Source of the DNA: Octopus vulgaris
Taxonomy: Eukaryota
Assembly: GCA_951406725.2 (NCBI GenBank)
Contig: OX597817.1
Coordinates: 12,586,001-12,650,000, forward strand
Reading direction: 5' to 3'
DNA: 64,000 nucleotides
The position numbers and the translations under genes are program-made. Every line of letters starts with the position of its first letter. Positions within the stretch are counted from its first letter, which is position 1. This document shows positions 52,824 to 64,000 of the stretch, one piece after another. Under the pieces are notes generated by a model. That model worked only from the letters and a program-made list of their open reading frames with translations, ran no database searches and was not told the DNA's origin.

Positions 52824-54446
52824 CTAGCTGAATGACCCGGCGTTGCCCGGGTTACTGCTGATCTTATTCAGATTAGTAAACAATAAATATGAAGATATAT
52901 TCTCATAACTATTTCAAAATATCTATATTTTATATTAAAATATCCAAATTGTTATGATAATAGAATTTCGACCTGAAAATCTGTCAATGTTGAAGCACCT
53001 CAGGATAAACAATATTCATCGTGTCGATTTTTGGTGGTGTTGAAATGAATAAATTGTTGCTGCTTCCAACTCGCGAGCAAGCAACATAGAGTTGACCGTG
53101 TGGTAAGCATGTAGTAGAGAGATCAAATGCAACTACCTTGAGGGATTGACCCTGAGATTTGTGAATTGAAATCCCAAAACTTAGCTTGACTGGAAACTGA
53201 AGCGTCTTAAATTCAAATGGAGCATCTTTAGGTATGAGAAATTTTTTTTGAAATAAAGACATTTTCTTCTCTGTGACTACCTGTTATGATTGTTGCCTGT
53301 AGGACATGGGGCTTCATGGACGTAACAATTAAGCGAGCCCCATTCGTTACACAGGCGATATGGGCCGAGATTCTTGAGCAACATAATAGGAGCACCCAGT
53401 TTTAGTATCGAGTTATGCGGTGACATCTCAGTGGGTTTAAGTGTATTCATAAATTCAACAAGATATTGAACAACCTGATCTTGATCGACTGTTGTCAATT
53501 GATTGAAAGGTCATTTCTGATGTATCTGTTAACTTTTGATGAAATTCATGATTGAGTTTATCAACCATTTCATTAGTTGGAGCTCGTACGGCTGTTTCAC
53601 ATAACCAGTTTACATCAGGATAATTGACAGATAAATTAGGAAATACTTTGTACATAAGATACCGAGGAGAAAGTAACATCTGACTGCATGTAATTTCATA
53701 TAGCTGAAGTATTGAATTGAATGTTAATATCCCGTTACCAATCTTAAGAAGCTCGTATGATCACCTTGTAGAAAGACTATGATGTTGCTTGTAAGATGTT
53801 TTTTTTTCACGTCTCCAAAGATATGATTTTTTGAAGCATGCCTTGACCTCATGAAACGGAAAATTCAAAACAGTGGTACTTCAATGTGAGCGCTGTTGTT
53901 CGTTCATCGTCCAGGCCGCAACTAACCCTTTCAAAATCGGCGCGTTTTACAGTCACATACACATATTAAGACAGACAGACAGACACACACAGACATATAT
54001 TCATGCACACCTCAGGCCTATCTCTGTCCCTCTGTGTGTCTGTCTCTGTCTTTCGATGTGTGTGTGTGCGTGTCAGTCGTCACAAAAATGTTTGTATAGT
54101 GACAGATATATAGCGTGGCACACATATACTTCTCAGTCATCGGCCTACTTACGTAACGAATGCACAAACACACATGCACTGACAGACACACACTCATATT
54201 CAAAATGTGACGACGTCGTGGTGGTTGTATAAAATGTCGTCTAAGATAGTTGACTTACAGAAAGGTTATATTAAATTTTTGTAATGCAAATATGTAAATG
54301 AAAATAAAGTTTATTTGGTAGCCGAAAGATTACTGAATCTTTTGATACCACATACGTCAAAATTGGCATTTCAGTTCTCGAATCCCTAAGGAACATGTGC
54401 GCGCACGCACACACCACTCTTTCCTTCTCTATTTTATATATTAAGA
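52824..54446 (-). mobile_element. Internally deleted Helitron with PIF1 helicase remnant
   Basis: A|TC 5' end at 54446; CCCGGGCAACGCCGGG hairpin and CTAG|T 3' end; QFPVKLSFGISIHKSQGQSL, HGQLYVACSRV, LKLGAPIMLLKNL..LCN. Confidence 0.92.
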
Positions 54447-54451
54447 TATAT

Positions 54452-54635
54452 CTTTTATCTTTCACTTCTTTCAGTCATTAGACTGTGGTCATTATAGTCG
54501 GATGTATCGGCCCCAGTACTTTTTTTTTGTTTTGAAGCCTAGTACTTATTCTATCAATCTCTTTTGCCGAATTGTTAAGTTACGGTGACATAAACACACC
54601 AACACTGGTTGTCAAGCGGCGGAGGTGGAGGACAA

Positions 54636-54668
<33 letters not shown>

Positions 54669-55020
54669 ATTGAAATTTACAGAAAAACAAAAGACGAAGA
54701 CAGGTGTATAAACAACAAACAGGTGTATTAGTTTGACGCTCAGGAAAGTGAGAAAATCTTTTACGTTTCGAACCTACGCTCTTAACAGAAAGGAATAAGA
54801 GAAAATAAACAGAGAGAATATTTTTTTTAAATTCTGTAAATTTAGCGATCAAAATACGATGGGCTTCTTTCAGTTTCCATCTACCAAATTCACTCTCAAG
54901 GCTTTGGTCGGTCCAAGGCCATAGTAGAAGACACTTGCCCTAGGTTTCACACAGTAGGACTGAACCCGGAACCATGTGGTTAGGGAACAAACCTCTTAAC
55001 GCATACCCACTTCTGTGCAC
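54452..55020 (-). mobile_element. Old SINE-A with a ~190-bp foreign insert (54668-54855) in its microsatellite
   Basis: SINE halves resume on either side; insert carries a degenerate hammerhead-like motif (54757-54792, minus). Confidence 0.75.
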
Positions 55021-55381
55021 GTGTGTGTGTGTGTGTGTGTGTGTATAAGGATAAGATCGTTAATTTAAAATAAAATAACGAAGTTATTAAGTGGCTAGCA
55101 TGGAAAAAATTACCTTCAAAGGATCATGGCTGCTATTTTCAGCATGGTGGTATCTCGTAGATGCCCTACTTTATAATTTTAAAAAATTATATATATATAT
55201 ATATATATAGGCAGTATTAATACTTAGAGATAATGTTTATGCCCACTTAAACGTGGATGTTCTCTTAGAACAAACTATACTACGGCAGTTACCATGAGAG
55301 AAACTCTCGTATTGGCTTTTGGTGCGGAATGTACTCTTGTTTATATTGTTAGATAACTCCCGGCCGTCTCCAGAGCTGAGA

Positions 55382-55428
55382 CCACCAGATCACGTGATTT
55401 CGACCTTCTTTGATCTTGTCAATGATGG
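55382..55428 (-). ncRNA. Degenerate minimal type I hammerhead ribozyme
   Basis: CCATCA-TTGACAA-GATC aaagaa GGTC-GAAAT-CACGTG-ATC-TGGTGG: 6-bp stem I, palindromic stem III; core CTGACGA mutated at two positions. Confidence 0.5.
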
Positions 55429-55756
55429 ACGCTAGAGATAGCAGCGATTCACCCCGTCCCCCGCCAGCAATATATAGAATAACAGTGCCAGAACAGGCTC
55501 TAGTGCCGCAATTAGCCAATGAGCTTGTTAAAAAAATATTTATTTAATGGCATTACTTTTAATTATTTTTATACATGCATATATATCGCTTAGGTATAGC
55601 GATATTAATAACCCGGTGTTAGGACTCGATATGCATACGCTTCAGAGAAATGCGTTGGTAGAGTACAGAGCATAAAAGAGATTATATAAATGACAAGGGA
55701 ACAAGAAATTGTGTAATGCACTTCATTAGCTTAGACCTGTTTCTGCTATACTTGTG

Positions 55757-55960
55757 GCGGGCGACGAGCTGGCAGAAACGTTAGCGTGTCGGGCGAAATG
55801 CTTAGCGGTTTTCGTCTGTCGTTACGTTGTGAGTTCAAATTCCGCCGAGGTCGACTTTGCCTTTCATCCTTTCGGGGTCGATAAATAAAGCACTGGGGTC
55901 CCTTTGTCTGTCCTTGTTTGTCCCCTCTATGTTTAGCCCCTTGTGGGCAGTAAAGAAATA
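55757..55960 (+). mobile_element. SINE-B with TSD TATACTTGTG
   Basis: Family match, internal deletion. Confidence 0.85.
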
Positions 55961-57953
55961 TATACTTGTGTATCGTCTTATAGTCTCTGACAGAAGCTAT
56001 GAAGTGATACACAAACACTCAACAATAAGTGCAATGCTTCTTATGGTGGAAATAACTGTAAGCTAATGAAGTTTATAACATAATTTCCTGTTCCTTTCTC
56101 ATTTATATAATCTCTTAATGTGTGTGAGTGAGAGAGAGAGAGAGAGGTGGGGAGAGATCATTTATACAATGTGTTATAAATATACGGATTCAGTAACTGG
56201 AAAAGCCCTCTTAGTAGTGCCGTCTTAAGGCATTAGTATATTAGTCGATTGTCTGGAGAACCCTCTACATGTTTTTGCTCCAGAGACCCAGAATCCTGTT
56301 AAACCGGTTTTGCCTCACAAGCCTATTCTCTAAATATGAACCCGCTTCTTTATTTATGACCCATATTGTATTGGTAATGTCGTAATTATGGGACCGTCAA
56401 AATAGCACGATTCTACAGCTGACGCAAGTAAGCTTCTTCCTCGTAAAAAGTTTTGTTTTATATTATTACAGTAGCATTCTGCTGTCAGTTGCAGTTGCAG
56501 TTTGTGAGGAGAGGTAAATGAATCATGACTGTCACTAACAGTGAAACCATTGTTATTTACTTAATTTAAACAAAAACGAGCCGAGAGAAATAACTCGGTG
56601 GCAAGTGGCATGTCTTTGAACAACGTAGACAATTACAGGATATCAAATACAATACAACATAAATAAATTCTTGATATAAATCAAGAATTCATATTGTAAA
56701 TTTATCTCCACTTCTGGAAGATGTTTGATAATTACCAAATGGCAAGCTCCACTTGAAAAAGGGAGATAATCTCAGGATTCAAAAATTTCCCAAAACTGAC
56801 ATGCCACTAAGGAAAAGGATAGCTGTATTGTTTGGATAAAAGAATACAGTCGTGTTTAATAGCACAACAAATTGCCCGACGAATTTTTGGTTTAATAGCA
56901 CGACAAGCTGCCCGACCAGTAGTAAAGGTACATAGATTTCATTCTATTCCCAAGCAGCTGTAAAAAACAAAAGTTTTATCGGTAGGGTCTTTTTAAGCAG
57001 CTTGAATAATGTGACTAGATATACTCAGAATAAAACACGGGATGTATGGAGACAACTAAAATGATTTTGATCATTGGTTTGTTCTAACAGGTGAGACCTG
57101 CTGCAACCAGACTATGATCTAAGACCTAAACAACAACACAATATAAATTCATTCTTTATCAACTTTGTCCTTAACATGATCTCCTTACTTCACCGAAATA
57201 GTCATCAAAAAACAATGTATATGTAACGGTATCGAATTTTGGTTGTAACGGGAGAAATTGATTTGTAAACAATAAATATGATATGCTGGGGTCAGCAGTT
57301 GTAACGATCAAAAGTTGTTGTTATAATGGGCAAGTTGTAAGATGTTAAAGATGAACAATGCATGAAGTTTTAAGAAAGTGTTTATTTACCGTTACGATAC
57401 AATACCATGCCTCGATGGGCAGGTTCTGATAAATCCAAAAGCATGCGAAGCAAAGTTTGTGTTTGTGTCCTCTTCATTGTTTAGTAGTAATTGCTGAGAC
57501 AGAATGATGTAGTAAGAGAACAGAATTAGAGCTAGAGAGAAGTGTTGGGTGTTGTCTGACAGTAAACTTCATTTCTCCCTCTGACCAATGTTCTAGCTGG
57601 TCAGCCAGACTTCGTCGTCACCGAAGTGGCTACTTGGTTGAGTCGTCACCGAAATGGTGACTAACTGGTTTTTGCTTATATAACTATCCAGATGGATAGA
57701 TATATCATTGAGAACAAGAGATTTAGTTGGTGGTCTTGTTACCTATTCTAGATTTTGGTGAAGTAGAAGAGGTTAGTAAGGGTCGAGTGGTGAAAGCATT
57801 ATTTCGGCCTAGCTAAAGGGATCTGGAAAATGTAAAACTGCCGTCAGAGAAAAACCATTGTTCCACCGTGGAAAATGTTCTGTTGCAGTGTTGATTTAAA
57901 TTTGGCTGTGGTGGATCGAATCCACTTCATGCATGCAAGATTCACTACATATA

Positions 57954-58115
57954 GGCGCAGGAGTGGCTGTGTGGTAAGTAGCTTGTTTACCAACCACATG
58001 GTTCCGGGTTCAGTCCCACTGCGCGGCACCTTGGGCAAGTGTCTTCTACTATAGCCTCGGGCCGACCAAAGCCTTGTGAGTGGATTTGGTAGACGGAAAC
58101 TGATAGAAGCCCGTC

Positions 58116-58164
<49 letters not shown>

Positions 58165-58367
58165 TGTGTGTATTTGTGTGTCCCCCTAGCATTGCTTGAC
58201 AACCGATGTTGGTGTGTTTATGTCCCCGTTACTTAGCGGTTCGGCAAAACAGACCGATAGAATAAGTACTGGGCTTACAAAAGAATAAGTCCCGGGGTCG
58301 AGTTGCTCGATTAAAGGCGGTGCTCCAGCATGGCCGCAGTCAAATGACTGAAACAAGTAAAAGAGTA
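57954..58367 (+). mobile_element. SINE family A
   Basis: Family match. Confidence 0.9.
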
Positions 58368-58489
58368 TGTATTAATTACATACATCAGGAATCTAAGTGC
58401 ATCTAGGTTTGATGAATTTAGTTGCCATGGTTAAAAACCGCTTGTACAAAGCTTGTGTGTGTGATGTAAGATAAAAACTTGTAGTGATC

Positions 58490-58900
58490 CTATAACGGTG
58501 CGCGCGCGCGCACCGTCCATTTTCTATTTCGCGCGTGCGAGTGTTGGTGCCTTCACCAAGGCACAGAAAGGAAGGGCCCTATCGCGCATGCGCGAAGCAC
58601 CGGAAGAAGAACCCTATTGCCTACGTAGCAGTTAGCGAGGCAAGGGGGTCGTAGAACGTTTGACCACTAGCAGCAGTCAGCGGGGACTTTGAGACATGGC
58701 TATCGAAGGCAACGGTCACGTATATTCTCTCTCCGTCAGGACTTGATTCTCGCAGCAGTCGGCCGAATGCCTTTAACCAAATTGTTGCCGACCACATTCA
58801 ACTTCCCTGTTCGACGCCATCTTGAACCCGTTCAGGTTTTAGCGGCTGAATATTGTAAATATTACAATCGATTAACTTTCAGCCTTGCGCGCCCCGAACC
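58490..58900. promoter_or_regulatory. CpG-rich putative Pol II promoter / first-exon region
   Basis: Local CpG excess; NRF1-type TCGCGCATGCGCGA (58582-58595), ETS CCGGAAG (58600-58606), E2F-like TTTCGCGC (58527-58534), YY1-type CGCCATCTT (58815-58823). Confidence 0.5.
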
Positions 58901-60104
58901 AAGGACATCAGATAACCACTTATTGTTATTGTTACCAAGAAAGAGAATAAAGTAGTATATATATATTTTACGTCTGCGTCTTGTTGTTTCTGACTGGTAG
59001 AATTCTGGATTATTAAAGCAACGGCTAGTGATTGCTTTCTTGTACCCCGAAAGTACAAGAGAAGATATTCACTCATTGAAGTTCGTTACAAACTCGAGTG
59101 TTAAACGCAATCCACGATGCAAACGAAAAACATAACTCCATCGAGCCAGTGAAGGACTCCAATGTCTAACATTGGCTTTGATAGAAATGGGATGAGGTAT
59201 GCACATGAATGTCATTATTCCCCAACTTTTCAGCTCACGTTGTTGCTTACAGCATCTACCTTCCCCACCATTTCCCACCTCAAGCTCACGAACATCAGCG
59301 CACCCCTAATATCTAAAACCCCTTTTCTATCAGCGTATAGAAGCAACCTCACACCGGTTAACAAAATTTGGCCTGTATTCGAACCTGGAACCGTTCCAAA
59401 TGATCTTTAAGTCTCGTATGAAAAACAAGATGAAAACTATTGCGTAAATTACATTGCCATGGATTTCTATTATTAAAAAGTATTGTTTTTCTCAAAACCA
59501 ATGCGCACACGCAACTTGCATCTGCAGTTCGCCCTTGCTACTAAAAAGCTTTGTTAGTGCTCTGCGTAACAGCTCGACCTACTAAAAATAGCTTGTAAAA
59601 GCTGAAGGCTAGGCCTTTCTGTTTTTTTATATGACAGTATAAACAAAACAAGTGCTTACTGCACAGAGGGAAGAGAGAATAACAAAGGTTATGTTATATC
59701 TTTTTCCAGTACCAGATTTATATTAGTGCAAACTGGGCTGCACGACCAATGCCACACAAAAATATGATAACTTTTTTTTAAATATCGGCATTCACATACA
59801 TATTTGTATAGTCAGTACACACACCAAACACACAAACAACACCACACTCATACGTAAATAATATTAAAGGGTTGTCAATTTAGCATATTTTATGCTAGAT
59901 CTAGCATTTTTATTTTCAACATTTAGCAGAAAATTTTTGAATTTAGCATTTAGCAGGGAAAATAAGGTTTAAAATTTTATTTACCATTTTTCTCTGATTA
60001 TGACATTTCCACAATAGTTGCCCTTTTTTCTTCTTTTTCCTCCTTTTCTACTTTTCGTTAAAGTATCTTACAGCCAAAGTTTCGTACTAACGGCTATTTT
60101 TTTT

Positions 60105-60300
60105 TCTTTTACTTGTTTCAGTCATTTGACTGAGGCCATGCTGGAGCACCGCCTTTAGTCGAGCAAATCGACCCCGGGACTTATTCTTTGTAAGCCCAGT
60201 ACTTATTCTTTCGGTCTTTTTTGCCGAACCGCTAAGTGACGGGGACTTAAACACACCAGCATCGGTTGTCAAGCAATGCTAGGGGGACAAACACACACAT

Positions 60301-60344
<44 letters not shown>

Positions 60345-60506
60345 GATAGGCTTCTTTCAGTTTCCGTCTACCAAATCCACTCACAAGGCATTGGTCGGCC
60401 CGGGGCTATAGCAGAAGACGCTTGCCCAAGATGCCACGCAGTAGGACTGAACCCGGAACCATGTGGTTGGTTAGCAAGCTACTTACCACACAGCCACTCC
60501 TGCGCC
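60105..60506 (-). mobile_element. SINE family A
   Basis: Family match. Confidence 0.9.
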
Positions 60507-60869
60507 TATTGTTGAATTTTTCTTTCGTTTTCATAAAACTTCAAAGGAAAGTTTACCAAAAGGAAGTTTATATGAACTTTTCCAGTCCACTCCCCACCCC
60601 ACCCACCCCCGCTTGGATACAGAGTGGTGCTGGTAGGGGGGGGGAGAAGGAAAAGGTAACTCATGTCCTCCATACTCTACCAACATGCCAAAGACCACAA
60701 TGGAGGTAACTTGGGTCAACTTGACATCTGCAGCTTATCCAGATAGATGTGTGTGTGTGTGGGGGGGGGGGGTGTATGCACGTATTTTTTTTTTTTTTTT
60801 GTATGTAAGCATATGGATATGAAAATAAGCAGATCAACATACAGACGGATAGGTACATAGGTTATAAGA

Positions 60870-61680
60870 ACAGACAAGCACACATATGCAAATGGAGACT
60901 GACACACGTGACCATATATACACACACACACTTTACTCCACACAAGGACACATATGGAGACACGGGTCCACACATATAGAGATGCACATCCATGCATACA
61001 TACAAACATGGTGCACAGTTGCAAAACACACACAGAGACATGCACACACAAGGAGACAGAGATGCATACATATACAGACACATGCTAATACACACACATA
61101 CACATAGAAAATACACAAGTACGGACATGCAAGCACATGAATATACAGAATACATACATACAGATAAACACACATACATACATATATACATACATACACA
61201 TGCATACATACATGCATACATACACACATACATACATACATACACACATACATACATGCATACATACACACATACATACATACATACATACATATATACA
61301 TACATACACATGCATACATACATGCATACATACATACATACATACACATACATACATGCATACATACATACATACATACATGCATGCATACACATACATA
61401 CATGCATACATACATACATATATACATACATACATACACATACATACATGCATACATACATACATACATACATACATACATACATGCATGCATGCATGCA
61501 TGCATACATACATACATACATACATGCATACATACTCACACACACACATACATACATACATATGCATACACACACATACATACATACATACACATGCATA
61601 CATACATACATACACACATACATACGTACATGCATGCATAGGCACACACACACACACACTGACCCACACACATGCGCACA
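60870..61680. repeat. Degenerate (CATA)n/(CA)n low-complexity tract
   Basis: Direct reading. Confidence 0.95.
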
Positions 61681-61854
61681 AACAAACAAAATGGAACGCA
61701 GTGTAAATAAAAGACAGAGTCAAGACTATTGAAAAGGTTGCAAGACGCAAAGAAAATTTTAGGAAAATAAAAATAATAAGTGGAAATTTTACCGGTGAGT
61801 GTGTTACATTATAAGACACAACAGTTTTAGTTGTATCATCTGCATATTTTTAGG

Positions 61855-62107
61855 CTAATTACACACGCCTGACATGCAGACGATAACATGAGTTATATCA
61901 CTGTGACCGACCGGGCTATCAGATGTTTTAGCCTTTAAACGCCACCCCGCTGGCCAACAGAAGAAAGAGTGAGAGAAAGTTGTGGCGAAAGAGTACAGCC
62001 CCGTGGAGCTCAATAAACATACACACACAACGCCAGGTCTGGGAATCGAAACCGCGATCCTCCAACCGCGAGTCCGCTGCCCTAACCACTGGGCCATTGC
62101 GTCTCCA
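61855..62107 (-). mobile_element. Deleted/diverged SINE family C
   Basis: Head GGAGACGCAATGGCCCAGTGG on the minus strand; internal deletions. Confidence 0.8.
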
Positions 62108-62432
62108 TAGTATATAAATTGTATATAAGTTATATAAATACATGTATTTGGTCAAAGTACGAACATGATCAGCTGGTGTGTATGTATAGTCGCATGCATG
62201 GCTGTGGTAAAAAGATTGCTTCCCAGCTACATGGTTTGGGGTTCAGTCCCATTGCGTGGCATTTTGGGCAAGTGTTTTCCATTATAGCCCCGGGCCGACC
62301 AATGCTTTTTGAGTGAATTTAGTCGTGTGAGTGTGTGTGTATATTAGCTGTTGTTATTTAGCCCCAGGTCAACTCCAATCAAGTAAACTTCAATAGTCAT
62401 TCCATCTGTGATCAATCCATCTTTAAAGGAGC

Positions 62433-62599
62433 GGCGTAACTTCGGTATAGGTACCGGAAGTACCGGATACATTTCAAGAAAGTGTTGTTTTTTTTATATA
62501 TATGGAGGAGGGTTAGGGTTAGGGGTGGGAGAAGAGGGTTTCTGTTATCTTCAGAAATGTAAACAAAGCCACTTACGGTACCTATACCGAAGGATCGCC
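62433..62599. mobile_element. 167-bp MITE with TIR GGCG..CTTCGGTATAGGTACCG.AAGT and 8-bp TSD AAAGGAGC
   Basis: TSD at 62425-62432 and 62600-62607; internal GGGTTAGGGTTAGGGG. Confidence 0.82.
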
Positions 62600-62743
62600 A
62601 AAGGAGCATTTAGAACTATATTATGTGCGGTGTCCTGTTCATTTTTAAGATGATGTTGTATGATTTGAGGTTAATTTGAGTACTATTTCTTGCAGCTCTT
62701 ACTACCACGTCAAGGTTCTCGTCATTGTCTTTATCCTATCATA

Positions 62744-63135
62744 GGCATAGACGCGGCTGTGTGGTAAGTAGCTTGCTTCCCTACCACGTGGTTTCGGGTT
62801 CAGTCCCACTGCGTGACTTTCGAGCAAGTGACTTCTGCTATAGCCTCGGGCCAACCAAAGCCTTATGAGTGGATTTGGTAGACGGAAACTGAAAGAAGCC
62901 CGTCGTATTTATATGTGGGTATATGTATATCTGTGTGTTTGTCCTCCCACCATCACTTGACAATTGACATTAGTGTGTTTACGTCCTCGTAACTTAGCGG
63001 TTCGACAAAAGAGCCCGATAAGATAAGTACTGGACTTACAAAGAATAAGTCCTGGGGTCGATTTCTTTGGCTAAAACGCTTTAAGGTAGTGCTCCAGCAT
63101 GACCACAGTCAAATGACTGAAACAAGTAAAAGAGA
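62744..63135 (+). mobile_element. SINE family A (diverged)
   Basis: Family match. Confidence 0.85.
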
Positions 63136-63298
63136 AAAAAAGTATCAATTTTAGACAGACAGATAGACAAACGTACACCCGCGAACACTGAATAGATAAG
63201 AAAATTACGTTTATTTATTATTTATTTTTTTTTTTTTACGAGATTCCTAATGTGAAATTGTTGAAACAGACATCATGGCTATTATCTTTATTATTATT

Positions 63299-63341
<43 letters not shown>

Positions 63342-63483
63342 TTTTACAAATAAACACGCACTATATATATATACTTTTTTTTTTTTCTTCACTCGTTTAT
63401 TACTGTTATTTTATTATTTTGATGCCTGGAAAATAATAATAAAAATAATAAAATAACAGTAATAAATGAGTGAAGAAAAAATA

Positions 63484-63850
63484 GTGGCTGTGTGGTAAGT
63501 AGCTTGCTAACCAACCACATGGTTCCCGGTTCAGTCCCACTGCATGGTGTCTTCTGCTATAGCCCCGGGCTGACCAATGTCTTGTGAGTGGATTTGGTAG
63601 ACGGAAACTGAAAGAAGCCTGTCGTATATATGTATATATACGTGTGTGTGTGTTTGTCCCCCTAGCATTGCTTGACAACCGATGCTGGTGTGTTTACGTC
63701 CCCGTGACTTAACGGTTTGGCAAAAGAGACCGATAGAATAAGTACTGGGCTTACAAAGAATAAGTCCCGGGGTCGATTTGCTCGACTAAAGGTGGTGCTC
63801 CAGCATGGCCGCAGTCAAATGTCTGAAACAAGTAAAAGAGTAAAAGAGAG
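63484..63850 (+). mobile_element. SINE family A
   Basis: Family match. Confidence 0.88.
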
Positions 63851-64000
63851 AGAGTATAGTGCATGTCTTTATTTGGCAAAAAAAAAATAATAATAATAAA
63901 TAAAATGACCATCCCAAAGTACAACAAGATCGTATGTTTTTTTGTAACGAGCGCAAATAGTCTTCATTTCTCACAAACACACATATGTATCTTTCAGAAA

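Overview
AT-rich, repeat-dominated animal genomic DNA with no confidently identifiable host protein-coding gene. The SINE families, microsatellite load and invertebrate-type U2/5S fragments resemble an octopus/cephalopod genome; this is an inference and was not checked by search. The window contains three abundant tRNA-headed SINE families (called A, B and C here). It also has a CR1-group LINE with an uninterrupted ~1000-codon endonuclease+RT ORF (39457-42459) and two shorter CR1-group insertions; all three sit inside (TA)n tracts. Other mobile remnants include L1/Tx1, Gypsy, mariner and Helitron pieces, 8-bp-TSD MITEs (one a 784-bp foldback palindrome) and Penelope-type minimal hammerhead ribozyme motifs. 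A full-length 5S rRNA copy, H4 and U2 pseudogene fragments, a 16x33-bp minisatellite and a CpG-rich promoter-like patch are also present. Best leads: (1) (TA)n-targeting CR1-group LINEs that use the microsatellite inside SINE-A as a landing site; (2) the SINE-B 3' tail matches the 3' end of an L1/Tx1-type LINE, and SINE-B shows a GGTAT target preference that drives self-insertion; (3) a 5S+tRNA-SINE chimera within a nested insertion; (4) hammerhead-bearing inserts; (5) a MITE family with a shared TTAGGG module and a palindromic dimer that transposed as one unit. Most long ORFs in the supplied track are microsatellite artefacts. Repeat boundaries were read by eye and may be off by a few bases.
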